In this document: positions 27,714-36,241 of the stretch, piece after piece
How positions within the stretch are numbered: the first letter of the stretch is position 1
How the letters are laid out: the number at the start of each line of letters is the position of its first letter
DNA from: Leidyana gryllorum EB-2025a
Lineage: Eukaryota > Protista > Apicomplexa
Direction of reading: 5' to 3'
Length of the DNA stretch: 36,241 bases
Assembly: GCA_048772705.1 (NCBI GenBank)
Contig: JBLWGC010000218.1
Location: forward strand, 1-36,241
Program-made: the position numbers and the translations under genes
Notes under the pieces: model-generated
What the model was told of the DNA's origin: nothing
The model's input: the letters and a program-made list of their open reading frames with translations, nothing else
Databases searched by the model: none

Positions 27714-28021
27714 AGTAGAGGGTCATCGGCAAACTACTACTCAACCTGATGAGCGTTGATAGGCCAACTGGACTACTCCGACGGGAATTTCATCTATGTA
27801 GTTCGGATGGGCTGGGAATCGATCCCAGAACCCTTCGTATACTAAGCCACCTTTTCATCATTGGGCTAGCCTCCCTCTATGCCTACCTCATGGCATTGAG
27901 TGATACTTCACATAGTGATACGAGTCTCTCGACTGTACCCAGCGGGTTGAACCATTTGGTCTAGCGGGTTCGATTCCCAGCCCGTCTAATAGTTGTTGAC
28001 GCTACACGGCACCATTCGCCC

Positions 28022-28094
28022 AGACGCTACTGGGACTCGAACCCAGAATCCCCGGTTCCGTAGACCGATGCCATATCCATTAGGCCGTAGCGCC
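28022..28094 (-). tRNA. trnR: tRNA-Arg(ACG)
   Basis: Cloverleaf, U8 changed to C. Confidence 0.83.
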
Positions 28095-28540
28095 GACTAA
28101 CGGAGCCGTCGAATGAAAGTGTATAACCATCAAGAGAGAGTTCCATTAGAGACACCGGAGACATATGGGCCGAGCCGGGAATCGAGCCTGGCTTCGCACG
28201 GCCACAGCTTGCTGTCCCAACCACTAGACGACCGGATAATCTGCAAGTAGCTATCAAGGCAGTGGGGCATCAATCAGGATGAAATGTAACAGGAGCGTTA
28301 GATGCTCTCCAAATGAGCTACTACAGGTCGTCCAAATTCTGTGAGGCTACAGGCCGGTTCATAAGAACCAGGCTCATCGGATACGTGATTCGAGAGACAT
28401 ACGCCCCTTTCACGAAGCTATGGTCTAGTGGTTACGACGTCTGCTTAACACGCAGAAGGTCCGAGTTGAATCTTTGGCGGCTGTAGCTCCCAACTTTCAG
28501 CGAGAACCAAAGGAGAGAATCTCAAGCGAAACCAACTGTG

Positions 28541-28612
28541 CTTCGAGACCGGGAATCGAACCCGGGTCTTCCGCGTGACAGGCGGAGACACTAACCACTA
28601 TACTGACTCGGA
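28541..28612 (-). pseudogene. Variant tRNA-Asp(GTC)
   Basis: Same as 24148-24219. Confidence 0.75.
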
Positions 28613-28703
28613 CGCTCCAAACACGCCGGCCTCCAATCCCAGAAGTCTTTCTATTTCGGCTCACGGACAAAAAACGCGTGGAGCGACGAACCAACAAGAC
28701 TGC

Positions 28704-28759
28704 GGCAAGATGGCCGAGTGGTCTAAGGCGCTGTGTTCAGGCCGCTGTCTGAAAGGGCG
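28704..28759 (+). pseudogene. 3'-truncated tRNA-Leu(CAG) upstream of tRNA-Tyr
   Basis: Ends after the variable arm; same junction at about 19860, 24000(-) and 27589. Confidence 0.8.
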
Positions 28760-28803
28760 AGGATCTGGGGTTGAGCCTTTCGAACCCCGGAGCAGTTGGA
28801 CGG

Positions 28804-28883
28804 CCGGGGGTAGCTCAGTTGGTAGAGCATCTGACTGTAGTGCTGGCATCAGATAGTCGGCGGTTCGATTCCGTCCCACCGGA
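28804..28883 (+). tRNA. trnY: tRNA-Tyr(GTA) with 7-nt intron
   Basis: Same as 19905-19984. Confidence 0.9.
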
Positions 28884-29140
28884 AGTAGAGGGTCATCGGC
28901 AAACTACTACTCAACCTGATGAGCGTTGATAAGCCAATCGATCCCAGAACCCTTCGTATACTCAGCCACCTTTTCATCATTGGGCCAGCCTCCCTCTATG
29001 CCTACCTCATGGCATTGAGTGATACTTCACATAGTGATACGAGTCTCTCGACTGTACCGAGCGGGTTGAACCATTTGGTCTAGCGGGTTCGATTCCCAGC
29101 CCATCTGATAGTTGTTGACGCTACACGGCACCATTCGCCC

Positions 29141-29213
29141 AGACGCTACTGGGACTCGAACCCAGAATCCCCGGTTCCGTAGACCGATGCCATATCCATT
29201 AGGCCATAGCGCC
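29141..29213 (-). tRNA. trnR: tRNA-Arg(ACG)
   Basis: Full cloverleaf. Confidence 0.93.
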
Positions 29214-29466
29214 GACTAACGGAGCCGTCAAATGGAAGTGTGTAGCGATCAAGAGAGGACATGGGCAGCTACCCCGATCGTGGGTTTGGACAGACTTCAC
29301 CTACATCTCCCATTCGAGAAATCGGGGACATACTATCCAAGCCAGGATTCGGGCCACAACTTGCTGTTGTAAGCACTAGACGAGCCGGACAATCTTCAAG
29401 TGAGGCTGGTGGGTACCAAAGCCACTTTAGATGTCAGGCTATCGGGTTTTGTGTCCTTGCTTTCCT

Positions 29467-29539
29467 GCCGCCCTAGCTCAGTCGGTAGAGCGCAAGACTC
29501 TTAATCTTGCAGTCGCGGGTTCGAGCCCCGCGGGCGGTG
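29467..29539 (+). tRNA. trnK: tRNA-Lys(CTT)
   Basis: Full cloverleaf. Confidence 0.93.
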
Positions 29540-29599
29540 TGGATCTATATCCCTGGATGTAAGAATGGAACCGTTGCCTACAAGCACACTCTGCTGGAT

Positions 29600-29672
29600 T
29601 TCCGCTGCCGGGACTTGAACCCGGATCGTGCGGGTGAAAGCCGCATATTCTAGCCATTTAGACTACAGTGGA
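29600..29672 (-). pseudogene. Degenerate tRNA-Glu(TTC)
   Basis: Glu body, D-arm and acceptor changes. Confidence 0.75.
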
Positions 29673-29890
29673 CGAGTCACAACAGTTGCACTGACGAATG
29701 AGGCGCCAGACAACTGTGAGTCGGTCTCAGATTGGAAGTCCACCTGGGTTTGGCGGGTGGGCGGCTATCTCAAGTGGTAGAGCGGTGACTTGGCAGGCAA
29801 GAGGTCAGTTTAGACACCTATCAATGCCGCAGGACAGGCTGAACATGGGGGCATTTGGTCACTCCTCGCGGCATGTCGAATTCGACAGTT

Positions 29891-29972
29891 GGCAACTTGC
29901 CCGAGTGGTTAAGGGGGTAGACTTGAAATCTACTGGGCCTGGCCCGCGCTGGTTCAAATCCAGCAGTTGTCG
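29891..29972 (+). tRNA. trnS: tRNA-Ser(TGA)
   Basis: Full cloverleaf, CT-TGA-AA. Confidence 0.92.
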
Positions 29973-30054
29973 TGCGATCTGATTGGAGGGGCAGACAACA
30001 ACTCACTCCTGAAACCCCAGAATTGTGCCTCAATCAACCATCTGCCATCTTCTC

Positions 30055-30125
30055 TGCATCTGCCGGGAATCGAACCTGGGTCGTCTCGGTGGCAACGAAA
30101 CATTCTACCACTAGACCACAGATGC
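30055..30125 (-). tRNA. trnG: tRNA-Gly(GCC)
   Basis: Copy of 12039-12109. Confidence 0.83.
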
Positions 30126-30220
30126 ATGACTCGTTGTTGTTCAAGCTCGTGCACAATAACGGCCGTTTTGCTTCAAATGAGAAGACAGAATCGAGTTGAG
30201 CGAGTATGACGGGCAGTTCT

Positions 30221-30292
30221 GGGTACGTAGCTCAGTGGTAGAGCAGCTGACTGCAGATCAGCAAGTCCGTGGTTCAACTCCGCGCGTGCCCT
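30221..30292 (+). tRNA. trnC: tRNA-Cys(GCA)
   Basis: Full cloverleaf. Confidence 0.93.
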
Positions 30293-30373
30293 GAAGATGG
30301 TTTGGAACGATCGGAGATGTTGGACCTCCATTCCTGACCACAAGGCAATTAGTTTGGAACGGGAGATGGTTTC

Positions 30374-30445
30374 GGGCCTATGGCGCAACGGTAGCGCGTC
30401 TGACTCCAGATCAGAAGGTTGGGTGTTCGAATCACTCTGGGCTCA
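30374..30445 (+). tRNA. trnW: tRNA-Trp(CCA)
   Basis: Full cloverleaf. Confidence 0.93.
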
Positions 30446-30625
30446 ATCAGACTTTATGTTCTTCTCGTATGGGGCGCAACCAAGAATGGGATTCGGACGC
30501 ACGCCCAGTCGGCGCTGCGCCGTCACATACGTCCCTGCGAGTGCTACAGCTGTCCGCCCGTGTCTAATTGGCACTGGAGTTCAACGCCGTAGAATTCTAG
30601 TGAGTCAGCCATGTGCTATGTCCTC

Positions 30626-30696
30626 TGCATCTGCCGGGAATCGAAAACGGGTCGTCTCGATGGCAACGAGACATTCTACCAATAGACCACAGATGC
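30626..30696 (-). pseudogene. tRNA-Gly(GCC), T-stem broken
   Basis: Copy of 12610-12680. Confidence 0.78.
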
Positions 30697-31071
30697 AGAT
30701 CACGATCTTGCTGCATCTTGTAGGTGGTGACAACCGTTGTTAGAGAGCCTATCGATGCATCAAAGCCTTCTGTCGGAATCGAGCCGCCGACTTCTCGCTC
30801 ACGAAGCAAACGCTCTGCCCCTCACTTAAAACGGCGATCCAAGCAGGAAATTACGCATCTATTCTCATTGAGGGAGCTTACTGAAGGACTGTGATCGGAT
30901 AGTCCGAGGACTTCCACTGCCGGGACTTGAACCCGGACCGTGCGAGGAGAGCCGCATATCCTAGCCGGTCGCAGCCATACCCTCAGGTGATCGAGACAGC
31001 GCCTGCCTTATTAGCTGAGGGGCCGAACGCTCGACGGGCGCGAATAGTGACACCAGATGTCACAATCTCTC

Positions 31072-31144
31072 TGCCTCGGCCGTGGATCGAACACGGGACT
31101 TCCAGATCTTCAGTCTGGCGCTCTCCCAACTGAGCTACCGAGGC
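31072..31144 (-). tRNA. trnF: tRNA-Phe(GAA)
   Basis: Full cloverleaf. Confidence 0.94.
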
Positions 31145-31518
31145 ACTAAAAAGTCTTGAAACGCGGTGAAAATAAGCACTCGCCGCAGCCGCATCTGGGG
31201 CCACTCCTCGCGGCATCCCGAGTTCGACAGTTGCCAACTTGCCCGAGTGGGAGGGGTGGTGGATTTGAATTCTATTGGGCCTGGTCCGCGCGGGTGCATG
31301 CTTTGGGCGAGAGCCGTACCATCCTGAAAAGCAGTGGGATGTCAGGTCAACACCAAAATTAGCTTTTCTGGGAATCGGATCCATTTCTCTTTCCATTCTG
31401 ACAGGGATACCACCGCTAGACCAAATAGCCGAATACTTGGATGCATGCAATGGGATATACAGATAGAGATTCGAATCTACCGTAGCTTTTAGAGCCTATT
31501 CTCGAGGATGATCACCGT

Positions 31519-31602
31519 TGCACAGAATGGCATTCGAACCCATGCAGACTTGCGCCTACCAGAACTTGAGTCTGGCCCCTTAGACCACTCGGGCATCTGT
31601 GC
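31519..31602 (-). tRNA. trnL: tRNA-Leu(CAA), G53:G61 mismatch
   Basis: Copy of 13503-13586. Confidence 0.8.
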
Positions 31603-31876
31603 GTTACTTTCTTTCTGAGTTCCTGAGTGTTAATGGCTTCCGTTGCGACGTCGATGTCGTTCTGGGTGCAGTGTACCGCCCCGGAGTACTCTTACGCCCC
31701 GAGTTGCTTAGATGGCAACGCACGTGATTGTAGTGGTGGCATCAAATATTCGACGACCAAATTCCGTCCCGCCGGGAGTTGAGGAGTGGACTCCTTACAA
31801 CGTAGTTCGTCTGACACTGCTGTTCCATTCCATCCTGATCGATGCTTCGCTACCTGTACAGCCTCGCTCAAAGATT

Positions 31877-31948
31877 GTCCGAGTCGTCTAGTGGTTAGGA
31901 CAGCACGTTGTGGCCGTGCAAACCCAGGCTCGATTCCTGGCTTGGACA
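31877..31948 (+). tRNA. trnH: tRNA-His(GTG)
   Basis: Cloverleaf, T-loop CTCGATT. Confidence 0.88.
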
Positions 31949-32280
31949 AGCAGTCCAAAGTGCATTGCTCTTCGCCCCGGTTGAAAACATTGTTGCAGCC
32001 ATGGTCAAGTCTGTACGATCGGCTGCACCTGCCGGGGCTGTGAGCATGGGAAGCTCGCATCCTACTCTTGGACCACAAGTGCACTCGAGAGAGAGCTTCA
32101 GCACCCCGAGACTCGGCGGCAGTCTGCGTTGAGCTAGTGGGTGCCTCAGGTACTGGCAGGTTCCAGTCTGCGACTTTGTGGCTAAGAGACTTACCCTCTG
32201 GTGGCTGAGCTACGAGGCTCGGCTAAGATGAGTGGAGCTTGAGAGACTTAAGCTTTGCAGGTGCCCAGTCGATGCAGTCA

Positions 32281-32352
32281 AGCCTTCTGCCGGAATCGAA
32301 CCGCCGACCTTTCGCTTACTAAGCACATGCTCTGCCCCTAAGCTAAGAAGGC
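32281..32352 (-). pseudogene. Degenerate tRNA-Thr(AGT) at duplication breakpoint
   Basis: Anticodon- and T-stem mismatches. Confidence 0.75.
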
Positions 32353-32438
32353 AATGTTAACGGAAGTTACTGAAGCACAATGACTTCCGCTGCTCTACCC
32401 AACGGCACATAGGGTGTAATTAAGTTTATAGCTTCGTT

Positions 32439-32510
32439 GCTGCCTAGCTGAGTCCGTAGAGCGCAAGACTTTTAATCTTGCAGTCGCGGGTTCGAGCCCC
32501 GCGGGCGGTG
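32439..32510 (+). pseudogene. tRNA-Lys(TTT), damaged 5' half
   Basis: GCTGCCTAGCTGAGTCCG. Confidence 0.75.
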
Positions 32511-32571
32511 CAAATCAATGTCTCTGGGAGTAGGAGTGGAACCGTTGCCTACAAAGCACACTCTGCTGGAT

Positions 32572-32644
32572 TTCCACTGCCGGGACTTGAACCCGGATCG
32601 TGCGGGTGAGAGCCGCATATCCTAGCCACTTAGACTACAGTGGA
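32572..32644 (-). tRNA. trnE: tRNA-Glu(CTC)
   Basis: Full cloverleaf. Confidence 0.93.
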
Positions 32645-32725
32645 CAACTTCCTCAGCTGCAGCTTTGGACGAAAGCCGTGCCATCTTGAGATGAGATGGA
32701 GCGTCGGGTCAACCGACAAGCAACG

Positions 32726-32797
32726 GGGCTGTTCTGGGAATCGAACCCAGGACTTCTTCCACCCGAAGGAAGAATCATACCACTAGACCAAACAGCC
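32726..32797 (-). tRNA. trnP: tRNA-Pro(CGG)
   Basis: Full cloverleaf. Confidence 0.93.
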
Positions 32798-32930
32798 GCC
32801 TGTCGGTCGTGCAACCTGCTGAGTACAGTTGAGATAGTGGTCATACTATGTCGAGAACCAACAAATGCGATGGGGTCTGCACAACAAAATGGAAAGACTT
32901 TTGGAGTTGGAGGCCGGCGTATTTAGAGCG

Positions 32931-33001
32931 GCCGAGATAGTCTAGTGGTTAGTATTTCCGCCTATCACGCGCAACACCAGGTTCGATTCCCGGTCTCGGA
33001 G
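32931..33001 (+). pseudogene. Degenerate tRNA-Asp, anticodon ATC
   Basis: CT-ATC-AC. Confidence 0.72.
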
Positions 33002-33084
33002 CACACCTGGTTGCGGCGCGACCTCAAAACTAGTCTTCACTTCGTGAAACCTCGCCACTTCTCTTGGTCTGCGGGACCTTCGCT

Positions 33085-33157
33085 GCCGCCATGGTCTAGT
33101 GGTCACGACGTCTGCTTAACACGCAGAAGGTCCCGAGTTCGATCCTCGGTGGCTGTA
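33085..33157 (+). tRNA. trnV: tRNA-Val(AAC)
   Basis: One acceptor mismatch. Confidence 0.85.
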
Positions 33158-33503
33158 AACTCGCGTTTGTCAGGTGAGCACCACGAAATCTAAAGCGGAA
33201 GAACGAAGTGTCTCCGAGACCGGGAATCGAACCCGGGTCGTCCGAGTGATAGGCGGAAATACTAAGCACTATACTATGTCAGACGCTCGTGGATACCCCG
33301 GCCTTCAACCCCAAAAGTCCTTGAGACTTCACGGACAGAAAGCGTGTAAAGTGGCGAGCCAAGAGCACTTCGGCAAGATGGCCGAGTGATCTAGGGCGAG
33401 TGCGAAAGGGCGTGGGTTCGAATCCCACTCTTGTCAACCGTTGTATTGTATTGAGTCGTCCCCTCTCTTCACCTATAGACAGGTCGTTCGAGCTACATAC
33501 GGC

Positions 33504-33574
33504 TGCACCTGCCGGGACTCGAACCCGGGTTACGACCTTGGAAGGGTCGCATCTTACCCTTAGACCACAAGTGC
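33504..33574 (-). tRNA. trnG: tRNA-Gly(TCC)
   Basis: Full cloverleaf. Confidence 0.92.
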
Positions 33575-33644
33575 AATTGCGAAAGATCTGCAGCACCCCG
33601 AGAGACTCGGGCCCCGAGAGACTCGGGAAATTCTTTTCTCACGG

Positions 33645-33721
33645 CCCGGGGTGCTTAGATGGCAACCCATCTGATGGTAGTGGTGGCATCAGCTATTCGA
33701 CGAGGAAATTCCGTGCGCCGG
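33645..33721 (+). pseudogene. Divergent tRNA-Tyr paralog
   Basis: TCTGA-TGGTAG-TGGTGGC-A-TCAGC. Confidence 0.7.
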
Positions 33722-33800
33722 GAGTTGAGGAGTGGACTTCTTACAACGCATTCCATCCTGGTCGATGCTTCGCTACCTCTACAGCCTCGCTCAAAGATTT

Positions 33801-33872
33801 GTCCGAGTCGTCTAGTGGTTAGGACAGCACGTTGTGGCCGTGCAAACCCAGGCTCGATTCCTGGCTCGGACA
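33801..33872 (+). tRNA. trnH: tRNA-His(GTG)
   Basis: Full cloverleaf. Confidence 0.9.
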
Positions 33873-33961
33873 ACCAATCTAAAGTGCATTGCAAACCCCC
33901 TCCAAACCTCTCAGATCCTTATCGAGACTGAGAGACCAGAATAGCTTAAGTGCGTGAGGAA

Positions 33962-34033
33962 AGCCTTCTGCCGGAATCGAACCGGCGACTTCTCGCTTAC
34001 GAAGCGAACGCTCTGCCCCTAAGCTAAAAAGGC
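33962..34033 (-). tRNA. trnT: tRNA-Thr(CGT)
   Basis: Cloverleaf. Confidence 0.88.
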
Positions 34034-34162
34034 AACTTATCTGGAGAATCATGTGTCAGTTGTATCGACAAAAGTTAGCCGGGTGCTACGTGCGCGGCGG
34101 CAGTCCCGCCCACCGTGCGGGCATGCTGGGAAGAAGTCGCAAGTTATTCTGACTACAACGGC

Positions 34163-34242
34163 TGACAAGAGTTGGATTCCAACCCACGCCCTTTCGGACT
34201 GCGGCCTGAACACAGCGCCTTGGACCACTCGGCCATCTTGCC
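34163..34242 (-). pseudogene. tRNA-Leu(CAG), T-arm mutated
   Basis: T-loop TTGGAAT. Confidence 0.78.
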
Positions 34243-34486
34243 GAAATGTTGTTGGCTCGCCGCTCCACAAATGTTGTTGGCTCGCCGCTCCACGCGTTTT
34301 CTATCCGTGGAATCTCAAAATGGAAGAACTTCTGGGGTTGGGGGCTAGCGTATCCAGAGCGTCCGAGATAGTATAGCGGTTAGTATTCCGCCTATCACGC
34401 GGAAAACCAAGATCGATTTCCGGTCTCGGAGCACAGTTGGGTGCGCTTAGGATTGTTTCTTTCGGATCTCGCTGAAAGTTGCGAGC

Positions 34487-34558
34487 TACAGCCACCGAGG
34501 CTTGGATCGGGACCTTCTGCGTGTGAAGCAGACGTCGTGACCACTAGACCATGGCTGC
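34487..34558 (-). pseudogene. tRNA-Val(CAC), T-arm mutated
   Basis: Val body. Confidence 0.75.
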
Positions 34559-34676
34559 ACGGAGCCTGCGGACTGGGAAAAAAAGCGTGTGTCTCTGGAA
34601 ACACGTATCCTGATGATCTAGTTGAGGGAGAGCTAGTGTGGATGGCTTTACCAACTCTTTTGGGAAGGACTGAATG

Positions 34677-34748
34677 GGTTGCGTGGTGTAGTGGTTAGCA
34701 CTGGAGACTCTGAATCTCCCGACCCGGGTTCGATTCCCGGCGCGACCT
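34677..34748 (+). tRNA. trnQ: tRNA-Gln(CTG)
   Basis: Full cloverleaf. Confidence 0.93.
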
Positions 34749-35109
34749 CGAAACTAGTGCTCACTATTTTGTGAAACCTCGCCAATTCTCTTGGTCTGCG
34801 CGACCTTCCGTGCGGTTATCCTCTAGTGGTCACGACGTCTGCTTCACACGCAGCAGCTCCTGACTTCAATCCTCGGTGGCTGTGGCTCGCAACTGGGCGA
34901 GAACCAGGGGAGACAATCTTAAGCGAAACCATCTAAGTGTGCTCCGAGACCGGGAATCGAACCCGGGTCTTTCGCGTGACAGGCGGAAATACTGACAACT
35001 ATGCTATCTCGAACGCTTTGGACATACCGGTCTCCTATCCCAAAAGTCCTTCCATTTTGAGATTCCACAAGGACAGGAAACGCGTGGAACGGCGAGCCAA
35101 CAAAAATCC

Positions 35110-35189
35110 GGCGAGATGGCCTACTGGTCTGAGGCGCTGTGATCAGGTCCCAGTCCGAAAGGGCGTGGGTTCGGATCCCACTCTTGTCA
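35110..35189 (+). pseudogene. Degenerate tRNA-Leu(CAG)
   Basis: Many substitutions. Confidence 0.72.
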
Positions 35190-35291
35190 GCCGTTGTAGT
35201 CAGGACAACCTGCGACTTCATCCCAGCATGCCCCGCACGATGCACGTTGACTTTTGTCGATACAACTGACACATGATTCTCCAGCTAAGTT

Positions 35292-35363
35292 GCCTTCTTA
35301 GCTTAGGGGCAGAGCATTCGCTTAGTAAGCGATGGGTCGCCGGTTCGATTTCGGCAGAAGGCT
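35292..35363 (+). tRNA. trnT: tRNA-Thr(AGT), minor lesions
   Basis: Thr body. Confidence 0.75.
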
Positions 35364-35399
35364 TTGCTCACGACCCAATCAATTCTATATGCGCACACT

Positions 35400-35471
35400 C
35401 AGCAGTGCGTCGTTTCGATCGACGAACCTTTGGGTTCTGAGCCCAACACTCTTCCACAGAGCTACATTGCT
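35400..35471 (-). pseudogene. Initiator tRNA-Met body with CAG anticodon
   Basis: TTGGG-CT-CAG-AA-CCCAA, GATCGAAA T-loop. Confidence 0.78.
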
Positions 35472-35607
35472 CAGTCTGCAACATGGAAGAGGGAGCCGAA
35501 ATGCGATTCTTGAGATGTTAATGCCCTTCAGTGCCGAAGTGGGCTAACGAGGTGGCTGTGTTGGCTGTGAGGGCAACTTGTCCCGTCGGGTCAACCGACG
35601 ACCAAGA

Positions 35608-35679
35608 GGGCTGTTCTGGGAATCGAACCCAGGACTCCTTCCACCCTAAGGAAGGATCATACCACTAGACCAAACAGCC
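35608..35679 (-). tRNA. trnP: tRNA-Pro(AGG)
   Basis: Full cloverleaf. Confidence 0.92.
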
Positions 35680-35814
35680 GGCTGGTCGGTCGTGCAACCC
35701 GCTGAGGACAGTTGAGATAGTGGTCATACTATGTTGAGAGCCAACAAATGCGATGGGGTCTGCACAACAAAATGGAAAGACTTTTTTGAGTTGGAGGCCG
35801 GCGTATTCAGAGCG

Positions 35815-35886
35815 GCCGAGATAGTCTAGTGGTTAGTATTTCCGCCTGACACGCGGAAGACCCGGGTTCGATTTCCGGTCTCGGAG
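35815..35886 (+). pseudogene. tRNA-Asp body with GAC (Val) anticodon
   Basis: TCCGC-CT-GAC-AC-GCGGA perfect stem; G1:A72. Confidence 0.8.
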
Positions 35887-36150
35887 ATAGATCGTCTTCC
35901 TCTCTAGATTTCGTGATGCTCACCTGAACGATGCGTGTTACAGCCACCGAGGATGGAACTCGGGACCTTCTGCGTGTTAAACAGACGTCGTGACCACTAG
36001 ATGGCTGCACGGAGCTTCCGGACTGCGAAAGGAGCGTGTGTCTCTGGAACCACGTATCCGATGAGCCTGGTTTTTATGTATCGGCTTAAGTTGGACGGCC
36101 TGGACTAGTTTTAAGACCCTTCGCTTTGTATTCAGGAATGGAGATGTCAC

Positions 36151-36221
36151 GCATCTGTGGTCTAGTGGTAGAATGTGTCGTTGCCACCGAGACGACCCAG
36201 GTTCGATTCCCGGCAGATGCA
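36151..36221 (+). tRNA. trnG: tRNA-Gly(GCC), two mismatches
   Basis: Gly body. Confidence 0.8.
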
Positions 36222-36241
36222 GAGAAGATGGCAGATGGTTG

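Larger units (their letters stand above)
29836..32296 (+). repeat. Near-identical direct segmental duplication, copy 2
   Basis: Offset 18016 from 11820-14280. Confidence 0.93.
1..36241. repeat. Mosaic eukaryotic tRNA gene/pseudogene array covering all 20 amino acids
   Basis: tRNA A-box/B-box cloverleaf units about every 200 bp on both strands; recurring gene+spacer modules; runs off both window edges. Confidence 0.97.

Noticed and set aside
139-36010. All ORFs in the six-frame track, including the 251-aa ORF at 1944-2699
   Set aside because: They overlap tRNA genes in arbitrary frames and translate B-box motifs (PGIEPG, GSIPG, VRVP). No recognisable protein domain, and frames are not conserved between paralogous modules.
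1-36241. CRISPR array, or phage/bacterial tRNA array
   Set aside because: The repeats are tRNAs with recurring, not unique, spacers. No CCA ends, eukaryotic initiator features, INN anticodons and mixed strands.
1-36241. tRNA-derived SINE cluster
   Set aside because: All 20 families are present with full cloverleaves, and there are no poly-A or simple-repeat tails or TSDs around units.

Overview
The whole 36-kb window is a dense eukaryotic nuclear tRNA gene array. A manual count gives roughly 180-190 recognisable tRNA genes, pseudogenes and remnants, about one per 200 bp, on both strands. All 20 amino acids are represented and about a third of the copies look structurally intact. The genes are eukaryote-type: no encoded CCA, initiator Met with A1:U72 and a GATCGAAA T-loop, Ala with A54, and INN-type anticodons AGC/AAC/AGT/AGG/ACG/AAT/AAG/AGA. 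They do not match the animal, plant or fungal tRNAs I remember, so a protist, possibly an alveolate, is inferred but unconfirmed. The array is not a simple tandem repeat. It is a mosaic of recurring gene+spacer modules, reshuffled in direct and inverted orientation with breakpoints inside tRNA genes. No protein-coding gene is supported; the ORF track is shadow translation of tRNA sequence. Highlights: a 7-nt tRNA-Tyr intron, a 305-bp TG...CA insertion with a 5-bp TSD just upstream of tRNA-Ala, many anticodon-switched copies (Ile-GAT, Gly body/GCT, Tyr body/GTG, Asp body/GAC, Gln body/CTA amber), chimeric tRNAs, a micro-inversion, and near absence of oligo-dT Pol III terminators. Coordinates were counted by hand and may be off by 1-2 nt; some heavily decayed remnants are not listed.
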